This document shows positions 16,717 to 26,075 of a stretch of 32,000 nt of DNA, one piece after another. The first letter of the stretch is position 1. Each line of letters starts with the position of its first letter. The notes beneath the pieces are model-generated. The model was not told the origin of the DNA. It saw only the letters and a program-made list of their open reading frames with translations, and did not search any database. Both the position numbers and the translations under genes were made by a program. The DNA comes from Rhodobacter capsulatus SB 1003 (GTDB lineage Bacteria > Pseudomonadota > Alphaproteobacteria > Rhodobacterales > Rhodobacteraceae): assembly GCF_000021865.1 (NCBI RefSeq), contig NC_014034.1, forward strand, positions 1,470,001-1,502,000, in the 5' to 3' direction.

Positions 16717-16743
16717 GGCCCGGCGGTCTTGCACCGCCGGGCC
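16717..16743 (+). terminator. GC-rich hairpin terminating the TRAP-GS-ALDH-ADH operon
   Basis: GGCCCGGCGGT-cttgc-ACCGCCGGGCC forms an 11-bp perfect stem 7 nt after the stop. There is no clear T-tract. Confidence 0.5.
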
Positions 16744-16877
16744 CCCACCCTTGGCGGCATCCCCCACAGGTTGCGGCTTTCCTGCCATTCCCCCACATTC
16801 CTGCCACAATCGCTGCGTTTCGCTCTCGTCTCGAAACGGAAAACGGGTATAACGGGGAAAAGATTTGGGAGATCCTC

Positions 16878-19073
16878 GTGCAGACTGCGATTGCGCCCGT
16901 GACGCAACAGGGAAAATCCGGCCTTGGCCGCTGGCTGTCGGCCACAAGCCTTGTCGTCCTTGCCGCGGCCCTTGGCGCGGCGCCTGCGCTGGCCGATCCG
17001 CTGGTCGGCAAGACGCGCAACACCTTCGGCATGCCCGGCGTGCTCGACATGCCCTCGGCCGAGATGTTCCCCGATGGCGAATTGGGCATCGGCCTGACCG
17101 TGCTGGATGACGGCACCTCGCGCGCGACGCTGACCTTTCAGATCGCCCCCTCGCTGGTCGGCGCCTTCCGCTATTCGCGCGTGCCCGGGCTGATGCCGGT
17201 CAAGGACGACAACGACAAGGAAACCGGCGCCTATACCGCGCTTTACGACCGCTCCTTCGACATCCGCTGGCAGATGCTGGAGGAGGGGCGGTGGCGGCCC
17301 GCCGTCGCGGTGGGGATGAACGATTTCGTCGGCACCGGCGTCTATTCCTCGGAATATATCGTCGCCACGAAAAGCTTTGGCGACCGGCTGCGGGTCTCGG
17401 GCGGTCTGGGCTGGGGGCGGCTCGGCTCGCATGGCTCGATCGGCTCGATCGGGACGCGGCCGGACTATGACTACGGCTCGCTGGGCGGCGAATTCAACGG
17501 CAAGAGCTGGTTCCGCGGCGATGTCGCGCCCTTCTTCGGCCTGTCTTATGCGATGACCGACCGGCTGACGCTGAAGGCGGAATATTCCTCGGACGCCTAT
17601 GAAAAGGAAACCGCCGACAGCCCGCCCAATGGCGACTGGGAACGGCGCAGCTCGGTCAATATCGGCGCCGATTACCAGCTGGGCGCCTTCACCCACATGC
17701 AGTTCTTCTACATGCATGGCGACAAGTTCGGCTTCCAGATCACCCGCGCGATCAACCCGCAGGAGCCGCCCTTTGCCTCCGGCATCGAAAAGGCGCCGCT
17801 GCCGGTGCAGCCGCGCCCGCCCGTCTCCGCCGACCGGCTGGGCTGGTCGGGGGAATGGAGCAAGGATCCGACCGCGCAGCCCGCCATTCAGGGCGCGCTG
17901 GCGCAGTCCCTTGAAAAGGACGGGCAGGTGCTGGAATCGATGTCGCTGACCGCGACCCGGGCCGAGCTGCGCATCCGCAACATGACCTATGGCGCGCAGC
18001 CGCAGGCGATCGGCCATGCCGCCCGGACCGCCACCCGCGCCCTGCCGCCCTCGGTCGAGACGATCACCATCACCTCGGTCGAACGCGGTCTGGCGATTTC
18101 CTCGGTCACCTTCCATCGCCGCGATCTGGAGCGGCTGGAAAACACCCGCGCGCTCGATATCCTGCCTTCGACCACGATCACCGCGGCGGATGCGCATGAT
18201 CCGGCGCAGGTGCGCACCGCCGATCTTTATCCGCGCTTCCGCTGGGGCCTGACGCCCTATGCCGAGGCCTCGATCTTCGACCCCGACAACCCGCTGCGCG
18301 CCGATTTCGGCGCCCAGCTTTCGGCGAAATTCGAACTGGCGCCGGGCCTCGTGATGTCGGGCCTGGTCCGGCAGAAGGTGGCGGGCAACCTTGATAACTC
18401 CACCCGGGTTTCGGACTCGGTGGTGCAGCATGTGCGCTCGGATCTGGTCGAATATCAGCGCGAGGGCGATCTGGCGCTGCAATATCTGACCGTCAGCCAT
18501 TACGGCCAGCCGCTGCCCAATGTCTTTTCGCGGCTGACGGTGGGCTATCTGGAACGGATGTATGGCGGGGTTTCGGGCGAAATGCTGTGGAAGCCCGTCG
18601 ACAGCCGTCTGGCGCTGGGGCTCGAGGCGAACTGGGTGAAGCAGCGCGATTTCGACCAGCATTTCGGCTTTCAGGACTATGACACCGCCACCGGCCATGT
18701 CTCGGCCTATTACGATTTCGGCCGCGGCTATGTCGGCGAATTGCATGTCGGCCGCTATCTGGCGCAGGACTGGGGCGGCACGATCGAGCTTGACCGGCAG
18801 TTCGAAAACGGCTGGAAGGTCGGCGCCTTTGCGACGATCACCGACATGTCCTCGGAGGATTATGGCGAGGGCTCGTTCGACAAGGGCATCCGGCTGACGA
18901 TTCCGGTCGCCTGGAGTACCGGCAAGCCCTCGGTCAACACGCTGAAGACGACGATCCGTCCGTTGCAACGGGACGGCGGCGCGCGGCTGGATATCGACGG
19001 ACGGTTGTTCGACACCGTCCACGGCGCGCAGACCGGCTCGCTTTACAACGAATGGGGGAGATTCTGGCGATGA
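16878..19073 (+). CDS. yjbH: YjbH/GfcD-family outer-membrane exopolysaccharide/capsule protein
   Basis: The GTG at 16878 is preceded by GGGAGA, and the signal is LSATSLVVLAAALGAAPALA|DP. The N-terminal FGMPGVLDMPSAEMFPDGELG and the C-terminal GLEANWVKQRDF..GRYLAQDWGGTIEL..GAFATITDMSSEDYGEGSFDKGI..RPLQRDGG match my recollection of E. coli YjbH landmarks (GLLQTPTARM..GEL; ANYVKQRDW; GQYLAGDKGGT; YATITNVSKEEYGEGDFTKGV; TRDGG). Confidence 0.85.
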   Translation: MQTAIAPVTQQGKSGLGRWLSATSLVVLAAALGAAPALADPLVGKTRNTFGMPGVLDMPSAEMFPDGELGIGLTVLDDGTSRATLTFQIAPSLVGAFRYSRVPGLMPVKDDNDKETGAYTALYDRSFDIRWQMLEEGRWRPAVAVGMNDFVGTGVYSSEYIVATKSFGDRLRVSGGLGWGRLGSHGSIGSIGTRPDYDYGSLGGEFNGKSWFRGDVAPFFGLSYAMTDRLTLKAEYSSDAYEKETADSPPNGDWERRSSVNIGADYQLGAFTHMQFFYMHGDKFGFQITRAINPQEPPFASGIEKAPLPVQPRPPVSADRLGWSGEWSKDPTAQPAIQGALAQSLEKDGQVLESMSLTATRAELRIRNMTYGAQPQAIGHAARTATRALPPSVETITITSVERGLAISSVTFHRRDLERLENTRALDILPSTTITAADAHDPAQVRTADLYPRFRWGLTPYAEASIFDPDNPLRADFGAQLSAKFELAPGLVMSGLVRQKVAGNLDNSTRVSDSVVQHVRSDLVEYQREGDLALQYLTVSHYGQPLPNVFSRLTVGYLERMYGGVSGEMLWKPVDSRLALGLEANWVKQRDFDQHFGFQDYDTATGHVSAYYDFGRGYVGELHVGRYLAQDWGGTIELDRQFENGWKVGAFATITDMSSEDYGEGSFDKGIRLTIPVAWSTGKPSVNTLKTTIRPLQRDGGARLDIDGRLFDTVHGAQTGSLYNEWGRFWR

Positions 19074-19759
19074 CGAAGATGCGTCGGGCCGGAATGGCCG
19101 CGCTGGCGCTTGTTGCCGGGCTGGCGGCTTGCGGCACGGATCAGACCCGTCTGGAAACCGGGCGCGAGGCGACGGCCGAGGTCAAGGCGCTGCTGCGCGG
19201 GCTGGTTCACCGCGGGCCGAGGGGCGCGGCCCCCGATCCGCAGCAGATCGCGCGCGAGGCGCTGGCGGCGAATGCGGGGCCGCTGATGCTGGTCTCGCTC
19301 GAGGCGACGAAATCCACCTCGGTGTTCGGGCTGCGCGGCGAGAACAACGGCATGCGGACCTGGCTCTCGCCCTCGGGGCAGGGGGTGATCACCCGCGGCG
19401 GCATTCTGGCGGGCACCCGCGGCTTTGGCAACGATCTGATGTCGTCCGATATCGGGCCGCTGATCGGCGCGGTGCAGGGGCGGCGCACGACCGCGTTGAA
19501 GATCGAGCTGCGCTATCTGGACGGGCTGGGCAAGGAGCGGCCGCTGCCGTTGGACTGCCGGACCGGCACCGCCGCGCCCACCGGCTATGATTTCGCCGGG
19601 ATGCGGTTCGAGGGCACGCCGGTGGCCGTGCATTGCGAGGGCTACGGCTTCACGTTCGACAACAGCTATATCGTCTCGGGGGCGGGCACGGTTCTGTCCT
19701 CGCGGCAATGGATCGGGCCGCGGCTGGGCTATCTGACCCTGCAATCGCTGCGCAACTGA
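19070..19759 (+). CDS. yjbF: YjbF/GfcB-family lipoprotein
   Basis: The ATG at 19070 overlaps the yjbH stop (ATGA). The lipobox is LVAGLAA|C. The 229-aa size and the patterns (W.S..G.G..TR.G...GT.G...DL; the C-terminal ..SRQW.G......L) fit the YjbF family and its pairing with YjbH. Confidence 0.7.
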   Translation: MTKMRRAGMAALALVAGLAACGTDQTRLETGREATAEVKALLRGLVHRGPRGAAPDPQQIAREALAANAGPLMLVSLEATKSTSVFGLRGENNGMRTWLSPSGQGVITRGGILAGTRGFGNDLMSSDIGPLIGAVQGRRTTALKIELRYLDGLGKERPLPLDCRTGTAAPTGYDFAGMRFEGTPVAVHCEGYGFTFDNSYIVSGAGTVLSSRQWIGPRLGYLTLQSLRN

Positions 19760-19786
19760 TCCCGCGCGACACCGCGCGACCGACAG

Positions 19787-19819
19787 GACAAGGGGCGCCC
19801 CGCGGGGCGCCCCTTTGTC
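19787..19819 (+). terminator. Rho-independent-type terminator after yjbF-like gene
   Basis: AAGGGGCGCCCC-gcg-GGGGCGCCCCTT followed by TGTCGTCTG. Confidence 0.55.
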
Positions 19820-19873
19820 GTCTGATGGTCTTTGGGGATCGGTCTTTGTCCGGCGCGGCGGTCGGCGCAAAGC

Positions 19874-19903
19874 AAAAGGCCGGAAAGCGCAAGCTTTCCG
19901 GCC
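19874..19903 (-). terminator. Rho-independent terminator of the small minus-strand gene
   Basis: On the minus strand the sequence reads GGCCGGAAAGC-ttgc-GCTTTCCGGCC followed by TTTTGCTTTG, which is an 11-bp perfect stem plus a T-tract, 27 nt after the stop. Confidence 0.72.
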
Positions 19904-19929
19904 GTATCAGGCAAGCCTGATCGTCGAAA

Positions 19930-20115
19930 TCAGTTCGACGAGGCAGCCACGGCAACGCCGACGAGCAGCAGAGCCGGGATCAGGATGCCGGCGTTCGACG
20001 ACGAGGTGCCGGCGACGACCGGGGTCGATTCGACGACCGGGGCGGTGTAGCCGCCAGCGAAAGCGGTCGAAGCCGAGAGGCCGAGGGCCAGGGCGATGGT
20101 AGCGATCTTTTTCAT
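19930..20115 (-). CDS. Small (61 aa) secreted Ser/Thr/Ala/Val-rich protein with hydrophobic C-terminus (possible YjbE/GfcA analogue)
   Basis: The ATG at 20115 (MKKIATIALALGLSASTAFA|GG) has a GGAG 7 nt upstream. It has its own strong terminator and GC3-rich codons. The C-terminal stretch is ILIPALLLVGVAVAA. Confidence 0.55.
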   Translation of the reverse strand: MKKIATIALALGLSASTAFAGGYTAPVVESTPVVAGTSSSNAGILIPALLLVGVAVAASSN

Positions 20116-20429
20116 GTCAATCTCCGTCATTGCTGTAGAGAGCCGCCAAGCCCGGCAGCATCATGGCGAGAAAAGCATATGAGCCGCTAAATGCAAAGGG
20201 GAATTCTGGACCTCTTCCACATGGGTCGGACAAAGTGTTGCACTTTCGCACCCCCTTGCGGCGGGGCGGATGCTGCAAAGCGGCATCGGGCCCGGGCGGC
20301 CCCGCAAGCGGCGTGAAAAATCACCGTTTTTCGAACGGTTGCAAACTTTCGCCGCAGCGTGGCGAAGGGTGGATTGACTTCGCGTCCCGGGGGATCGAAT
20401 TTTGCGCCATCACGGCGAGAGGATTTGAG

Positions 20430-21734
20430 ATGAAGATTGCGATGATCGGCACGGGCTATGTCGGTTTGGTCTCCGGGGTCTGCTTTTCGGATTTCGGGCA
20501 TGATGTCGTTTGCGTGGACAAGGATTGCGGCAAGATCGAGCGCCTGATGCGCGGCGAGGTGCCGATTTACGAACCCGGCCTTGATGTGCTGATGGCAAAG
20601 AACGTGGCGGCGGGGCGGCTGTCCTTCACCGGCGATCTGGCGGCGGCGGTCGATGGCGCGGAGGCGGTCTTCATCGCGGTCGGCACGCCGACGCGGCGCG
20701 GCGACGGCCATGCCGATCTGAGCTACGTGATGGCCGCGGCCGAGGAAATCGCCGCCGCGCTGACCGGCTATGCGGTCGTGGTGACGAAATCGACCGTGCC
20801 CGTCGGCACCAACCGTCAGGTCCGCCAGGTGATCAAGAAGGCCCGGCCGGAGGCGGAATTCGACGTCGCCTCGAACCCGGAATTCCTGCGCGAGGGCGCG
20901 GCGATCGATGATTTCATGCGCCCCGACCGGGTGGTGGTCGGCGTCTCCTCGGACCGGGCGAAAGAGGTGATGGGCGAGATCTACCGGCCGCTTTTCCTGC
21001 GCGAATTCCCGATCCTCTACACCGATCTGGAAACCGCCGAGATGATCAAATATGCGGCGAATGCCTTTCTGGCGACGAAGATCACCTTCATCAACGAGAT
21101 CGCGCGGCTGTGCGAAAAGGTCGGCGCCGATGTCAAGGAAGTGGCGCGCGGCATGGGGCTCGATGGCCGGATCGGCAACAAGTTCCTGCATGCGGGGCCG
21201 GGCTATGGCGGCTCGTGCTTCCCCAAGGACACCCAGGCCTTGGCGCGGATGGGGCAGGATCATGCCGTGCCGATGCAGATCACCGAGACGGTGATCAAGG
21301 TCAATGACGAGGTGAAACGGCGGATGATCGACAAGATCGTCGATCTGTGCGACGGCTCGGTGAATGGAAAAACCATTACCGTTCTGGGGGTTACCTTCAA
21401 GCCCAACACAGATGACATGCGCGACGCGCCGTCCTTGACGATCGTGCCCGCGCTGATCGGGGCGGGGGCCAAGGTGCGCGCCGTCGATCCGCAGGGCCTG
21501 CGCGAGGCGCAGCAGATGCTGCCCGGCGTGCATTGGATGGACGATGCCTACAAGGCGGTGCAAAAGGCCGATTGTGTCGTGCTTCTGACCGAGTGGAACG
21601 AATTCCGTGCCCTCGATCTGAAGAAACTGGCGAAAAAGATGACGACGCCGCGCATGGCCGATCTGCGCAACATCTATTCCGCCAGGGATGCGAAAAAGGC
21701 GGGCTTCGAGGGCTATGTCAGCGTCGGCCGCTAG
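20430..21734 (+). CDS. ugd: UDP-glucose 6-dehydrogenase
   Basis: The Rossmann motif is MKIAMIGTGYVGLVSG and the catalytic Cys lies in GGSCFPKD; TFKPNTDDMRDAPS is also present. The ATG at 20430 is preceded by GAGAGGA. The track's upstream extension (20163-20429) is not homologous-looking. Confidence 0.95.
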   Translation: MKIAMIGTGYVGLVSGVCFSDFGHDVVCVDKDCGKIERLMRGEVPIYEPGLDVLMAKNVAAGRLSFTGDLAAAVDGAEAVFIAVGTPTRRGDGHADLSYVMAAAEEIAAALTGYAVVVTKSTVPVGTNRQVRQVIKKARPEAEFDVASNPEFLREGAAIDDFMRPDRVVVGVSSDRAKEVMGEIYRPLFLREFPILYTDLETAEMIKYAANAFLATKITFINEIARLCEKVGADVKEVARGMGLDGRIGNKFLHAGPGYGGSCFPKDTQALARMGQDHAVPMQITETVIKVNDEVKRRMIDKIVDLCDGSVNGKTITVLGVTFKPNTDDMRDAPSLTIVPALIGAGAKVRAVDPQGLREAQQMLPGVHWMDDAYKAVQKADCVVLLTEWNEFRALDLKKLAKKMTTPRMADLRNIYSARDAKKAGFEGYVSVGR

Positions 21735-21743
21735 GGCAGGGGG

Positions 21744-23927
<2,184 letters not shown>

Positions 23928-24078
23928 GGGGCCTCCTTGATCCGCCCCAATGTCGGTCCCTTTTCGTTCTCTTTCAAGGGATTGCTGCAGATGTTAAGCG
24001 AAGGTTAAGGGGGAGGCGCATTTTTCTGATGGAAAACATGACCTTATGGATAGTTTGTGCTTGCTTTTGCGCGCGGAA

Positions 24079-24093
24079 GTTCTCATATTGTTC
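24079..24093. promoter_or_regulatory. Candidate alphaproteobacterial LexA (SOS) box GTTC-N7-GTTC in the uvrB / NDUFS4-like divergent intergenic region
   Basis: An exact GTTCtcatattGTTC is read at 24079-24093, 152 nt upstream of the uvrB start (it reads GAAC-N7-GAAC on the uvrB strand). It overlaps a plus-strand TTGCTT-N17-CATATT promoter-like pair (24061-24089). Confidence 0.5.
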
Positions 24094-24284
24094 AGGCAAG
24101 CAGCGATTGGCTACCGGCCGGGGCACCACCCCCACCCCTCGCTCCCCAAGCCCGGCCGGTAGCACCCCTTCCCGCAGATCCCGAAGCCGCGCCGGATCGG
24201 GCCGCTGACGGCACACCATTGTATGCAGAGCTTGAATTTTTCCCCGGATCGGCCTAGGACTGGGGCAAGACAAAGGGGGATCCC

Positions 24285-24596
24285 ATGCGCGCACGCATCT
24301 ACCAACCGGCCCGCAATGCCATGCAATCCGGTCAGGCGAAAACGAAGCTCTGGCATCTCGATTTCCTGCAGGCGGACGCCCGCAATCTGGACCCGCTGAT
24401 GGGCTGGACGGGGACGGATGACACCCAGGCGCAGGTGCGTCTGAAGTTCGACAGCCGCGAGGCGGCGGAGGCTTTCGCGAAGGCGCGCGGTCTGGACTAC
24501 ACGGTGACCGAGGGTCACAAGCGCAAGGTCAACATCCGTCCGATGGGCTACGGCGAGAATTTCGCGACGAACCGGCGGGCGAACTGGACGCATTGA
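24285..24596 (+). CDS. NDUFS4-like protein (ETC complex I 18-kDa/AQDQ subunit conserved region)
   Basis: The 103-aa product reads [14 protein letters not shown]....W.L.F.......DPLMGWTG..D....V.L.F.S.E.A..FA...G..Y.V........I+P..Y..NF, which is the characteristic NDUFS4 signature. Confidence 0.85.
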   Translation: MRARIYQPARNAMQSGQAKTKLWHLDFLQADARNLDPLMGWTGTDDTQAQVRLKFDSREAAEAFAKARGLDYTVTEGHKRKVNIRPMGYGENFATNRRANWTH

Positions 24597-24659
24597 GGCT
24601 GTAGAAGATACTCGCCTTCTCACCGTAGCGGCACGAGTTTTCACCGGAATCTGCAGATG

Positions 24660-24681
24660 GGGCGCCTTGCGGGCGCCCTTT
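24660..24681 (+). terminator. Possible terminator hairpin downstream of NDUFS4-like gene
   Basis: GGGCGCC-ttgcg-GGCGCCC (7-bp stem) followed by TTT. Confidence 0.35.
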
Positions 24682-24836
24682 CCGTATCTGGGGGCGCGGG
24701 GCAAGGGCCCGCGCAGGGCCAGTTTGCGCTTTCATCGGGCTGAGTTTGATCCGTCGGGGGGAGCGATTCCGACCCTCACGCCCGAAATCCGGCGATGGGT
24801 CGCGATCCCTGACCGCAGGACGGGCAGGGCGGTCTT

Positions 24837-25007
24837 TCACCTGCCGATCTGGCGTTGCTCCAGGGTCTCATCGTTGCCGTCGCCGCGCATCGCATCAGCG
24901 ATCAGGTGATCGGCCTTCTCGTCGAAACAGCCGATCAGGTCCCGGTGCAGCGTGCGAAATTCCGCGGCCACGGTCGCCTCGAATACGCGCTGCCGCATGC
25001 GGATCAT
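24837..25007 (-). CDS. Possible small hypothetical protein (56 aa), below the ORF-track cutoff
   Basis: My own translation is MIRMRQRVFEATVAAEFRTLHRDLIGCFDEKADHLIADAMRGDGNDETLEQRQIGR*. About 84% of third positions are G/C, as in the real genes here. There is no convincing SD, and no family was recognised. Confidence 0.3.
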   Translation of the reverse strand: MIRMRQRVFEATVAAEFRTLHRDLIGCFDEKADHLIADAMRGDGNDETLEQRQIGR

Positions 25008-25126
25008 CACCGTCGTGCGGCGCCGTCGCTCATTGCAGGATCGCAGCCCGCCAGCAGGTCAGTCGAGTCGTGCATGAAGCGTCCACCCCGCGCGGGGGCA
25101 CAGACCCGAAGTGAGCTTGCGTCCCG

Positions 25127-25984
25127 TCAGAACAGCGCCAGTTCGCGCAGCAGCGCGGGCCAGGCGGCCAGGCGGGCCTTGGCGCGGGCGGGGTCCTGGG
25201 CCGCGACGGAATGGGTGACGAGGCTCAGAAGCGAGGCGAGCGGCCCCGAGCTTTCGACATAGGCATGGGCCTTGGAGCTGACAAAGAACACATGCGGCGT
25301 CAGAACGGCCGCCCAGGTGTTCAGCTCGTCGGTCAGCACCACGACCGCCATCCCCTGCGCCCGTGCCAGCCGCACCAGCGGCTCGGCCTCGCGCGCATAG
25401 GGGACGATGTCGATCAGGATCAGGCAGCGCCTCTCGGCCGGGTCGGACGGCAGCCATTCGGCGAGACCCGAGTCATGCGCCGCGACGAAGCGCACCCTGT
25501 CGCGCAGGATCGAGAGGCGCCGCGCGAAATCCGCCGCCGCCCCCTTCACCGTCTGAAAGCCGGTGACGAAAACCTCGTCGGCGCCATGGATCGCCGCCAC
25601 CGCCTCGGCCCATTCCGGCCGTGCCACCTGGGCGGCGAGCGCCAGCACCGCCTCGGCATCGCGGCGAAGGAGCGTGCCCATCTCGCCATCCAGAAGCCGC
25701 AGCCCCAGATCGGCGCCGGGCAACTGCGCCGCGCCCCGTTCCAGCAGATCCTCTTTCAGCGCCGCCATGCCGCGATAGCCCAGCCGCCGCACAAAGCGGC
25801 TGACGGTGATCTCGCTCATCCCGGTCTTCGCCGCGATCGTCGCGCCGGTCTCAAGGCCCAGCGCGGCTTCGTTCCGCGTCAGCCATTGCGCAAGAACTGC
25901 CTCGGATTTGGTCAGTGACCCCTCGACTGCCTGCAAACGCAGCAAAAGCGGCGAGGGGGATTGGGGCTCGGAACGGTCATTCAT
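25127..25984 (-). CDS. RpiR/MurR-family transcriptional regulator (HTH_6 + SIS), second copy
   Basis: The ATG at 25984 (MNDRSEP..) is chosen. The HTH region reads LTKSEAVLAQWLTRNEAALGLETGATIAAKTGMSEITVSRFVRRLGY and the SIS-like part EVFVTGFQTVKGAAADFA..LILIDI..VVVLTD. The gene is divergent from the Pot-type operon. The track's upstream extension overlaps the promoter region. Confidence 0.85.
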   Translation of the reverse strand: MNDRSEPQSPSPLLLRLQAVEGSLTKSEAVLAQWLTRNEAALGLETGATIAAKTGMSEITVSRFVRRLGYRGMAALKEDLLERGAAQLPGADLGLRLLDGEMGTLLRRDAEAVLALAAQVARPEWAEAVAAIHGADEVFVTGFQTVKGAAADFARRLSILRDRVRFVAAHDSGLAEWLPSDPAERRCLILIDIVPYAREAEPLVRLARAQGMAVVVLTDELNTWAAVLTPHVFFVSSKAHAYVESSGPLASLLSLVTHSVAAQDPARAKARLAAWPALLRELALF

Positions 25985-26075
25985 GATGATACTTGCGTCA
26001 TTTCGTATCAATGTTAGCATTCTACCATAATCAGAACAAGACTCGGCGCATCGCGCCATCAGGGAGATCACTATC

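Noticed and set aside
13508-19022. Very long minus-strand ORFs 13508-15538 (676 aa), 15532-16947 (471 aa) and 16494-19022 (842 aa).
   Set aside because: They lie antisense to genes with explicit catalytic motifs (GS, ALDH, Fe-ADH) and to YjbH. Their composition is dominated by Arg, Gly, Ala, Pro and Asp.
20374-20402. TTGACT-N17-GAATTT, considered as the ugd promoter.
   Set aside because: The -10 is poor (2 of 6 matches to TATAAT) and there is no supporting evidence, so it is not reported as a feature.
20163-20429. 89-aa N-terminal extension of the ugd ORF, and similar upstream extensions of ORFs 1542, 5641, 9617, 10201, 15355, 16644, 19052 and 26158.
   Set aside because: The extensions precede the conserved N-terminal motifs (for example the GxGxxG Rossmann start). 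They overlap upstream genes or promoters and lack SD sequences, whereas the internal starts have SDs or ATGA coupling.
24111-24704. 197-aa minus-strand ORF overlapping the NDUFS4-like gene, plus 24529-24840(-), 24667-24909(+), 24746-25114(+) and 24855-25262(+).
   Set aside because: The products are Arg/Pro/Ser-rich with no motifs, and they overlap a well-supported gene or promoter regions.
24760-24830. Possible tRNA-like or T-arm-like segment (GGGTCGCGATCCC).
   Set aside because: I could not fold a cloverleaf by eye. There is no GTTCGAATC-type T-loop, no acceptor-stem pairing and no CCA context.
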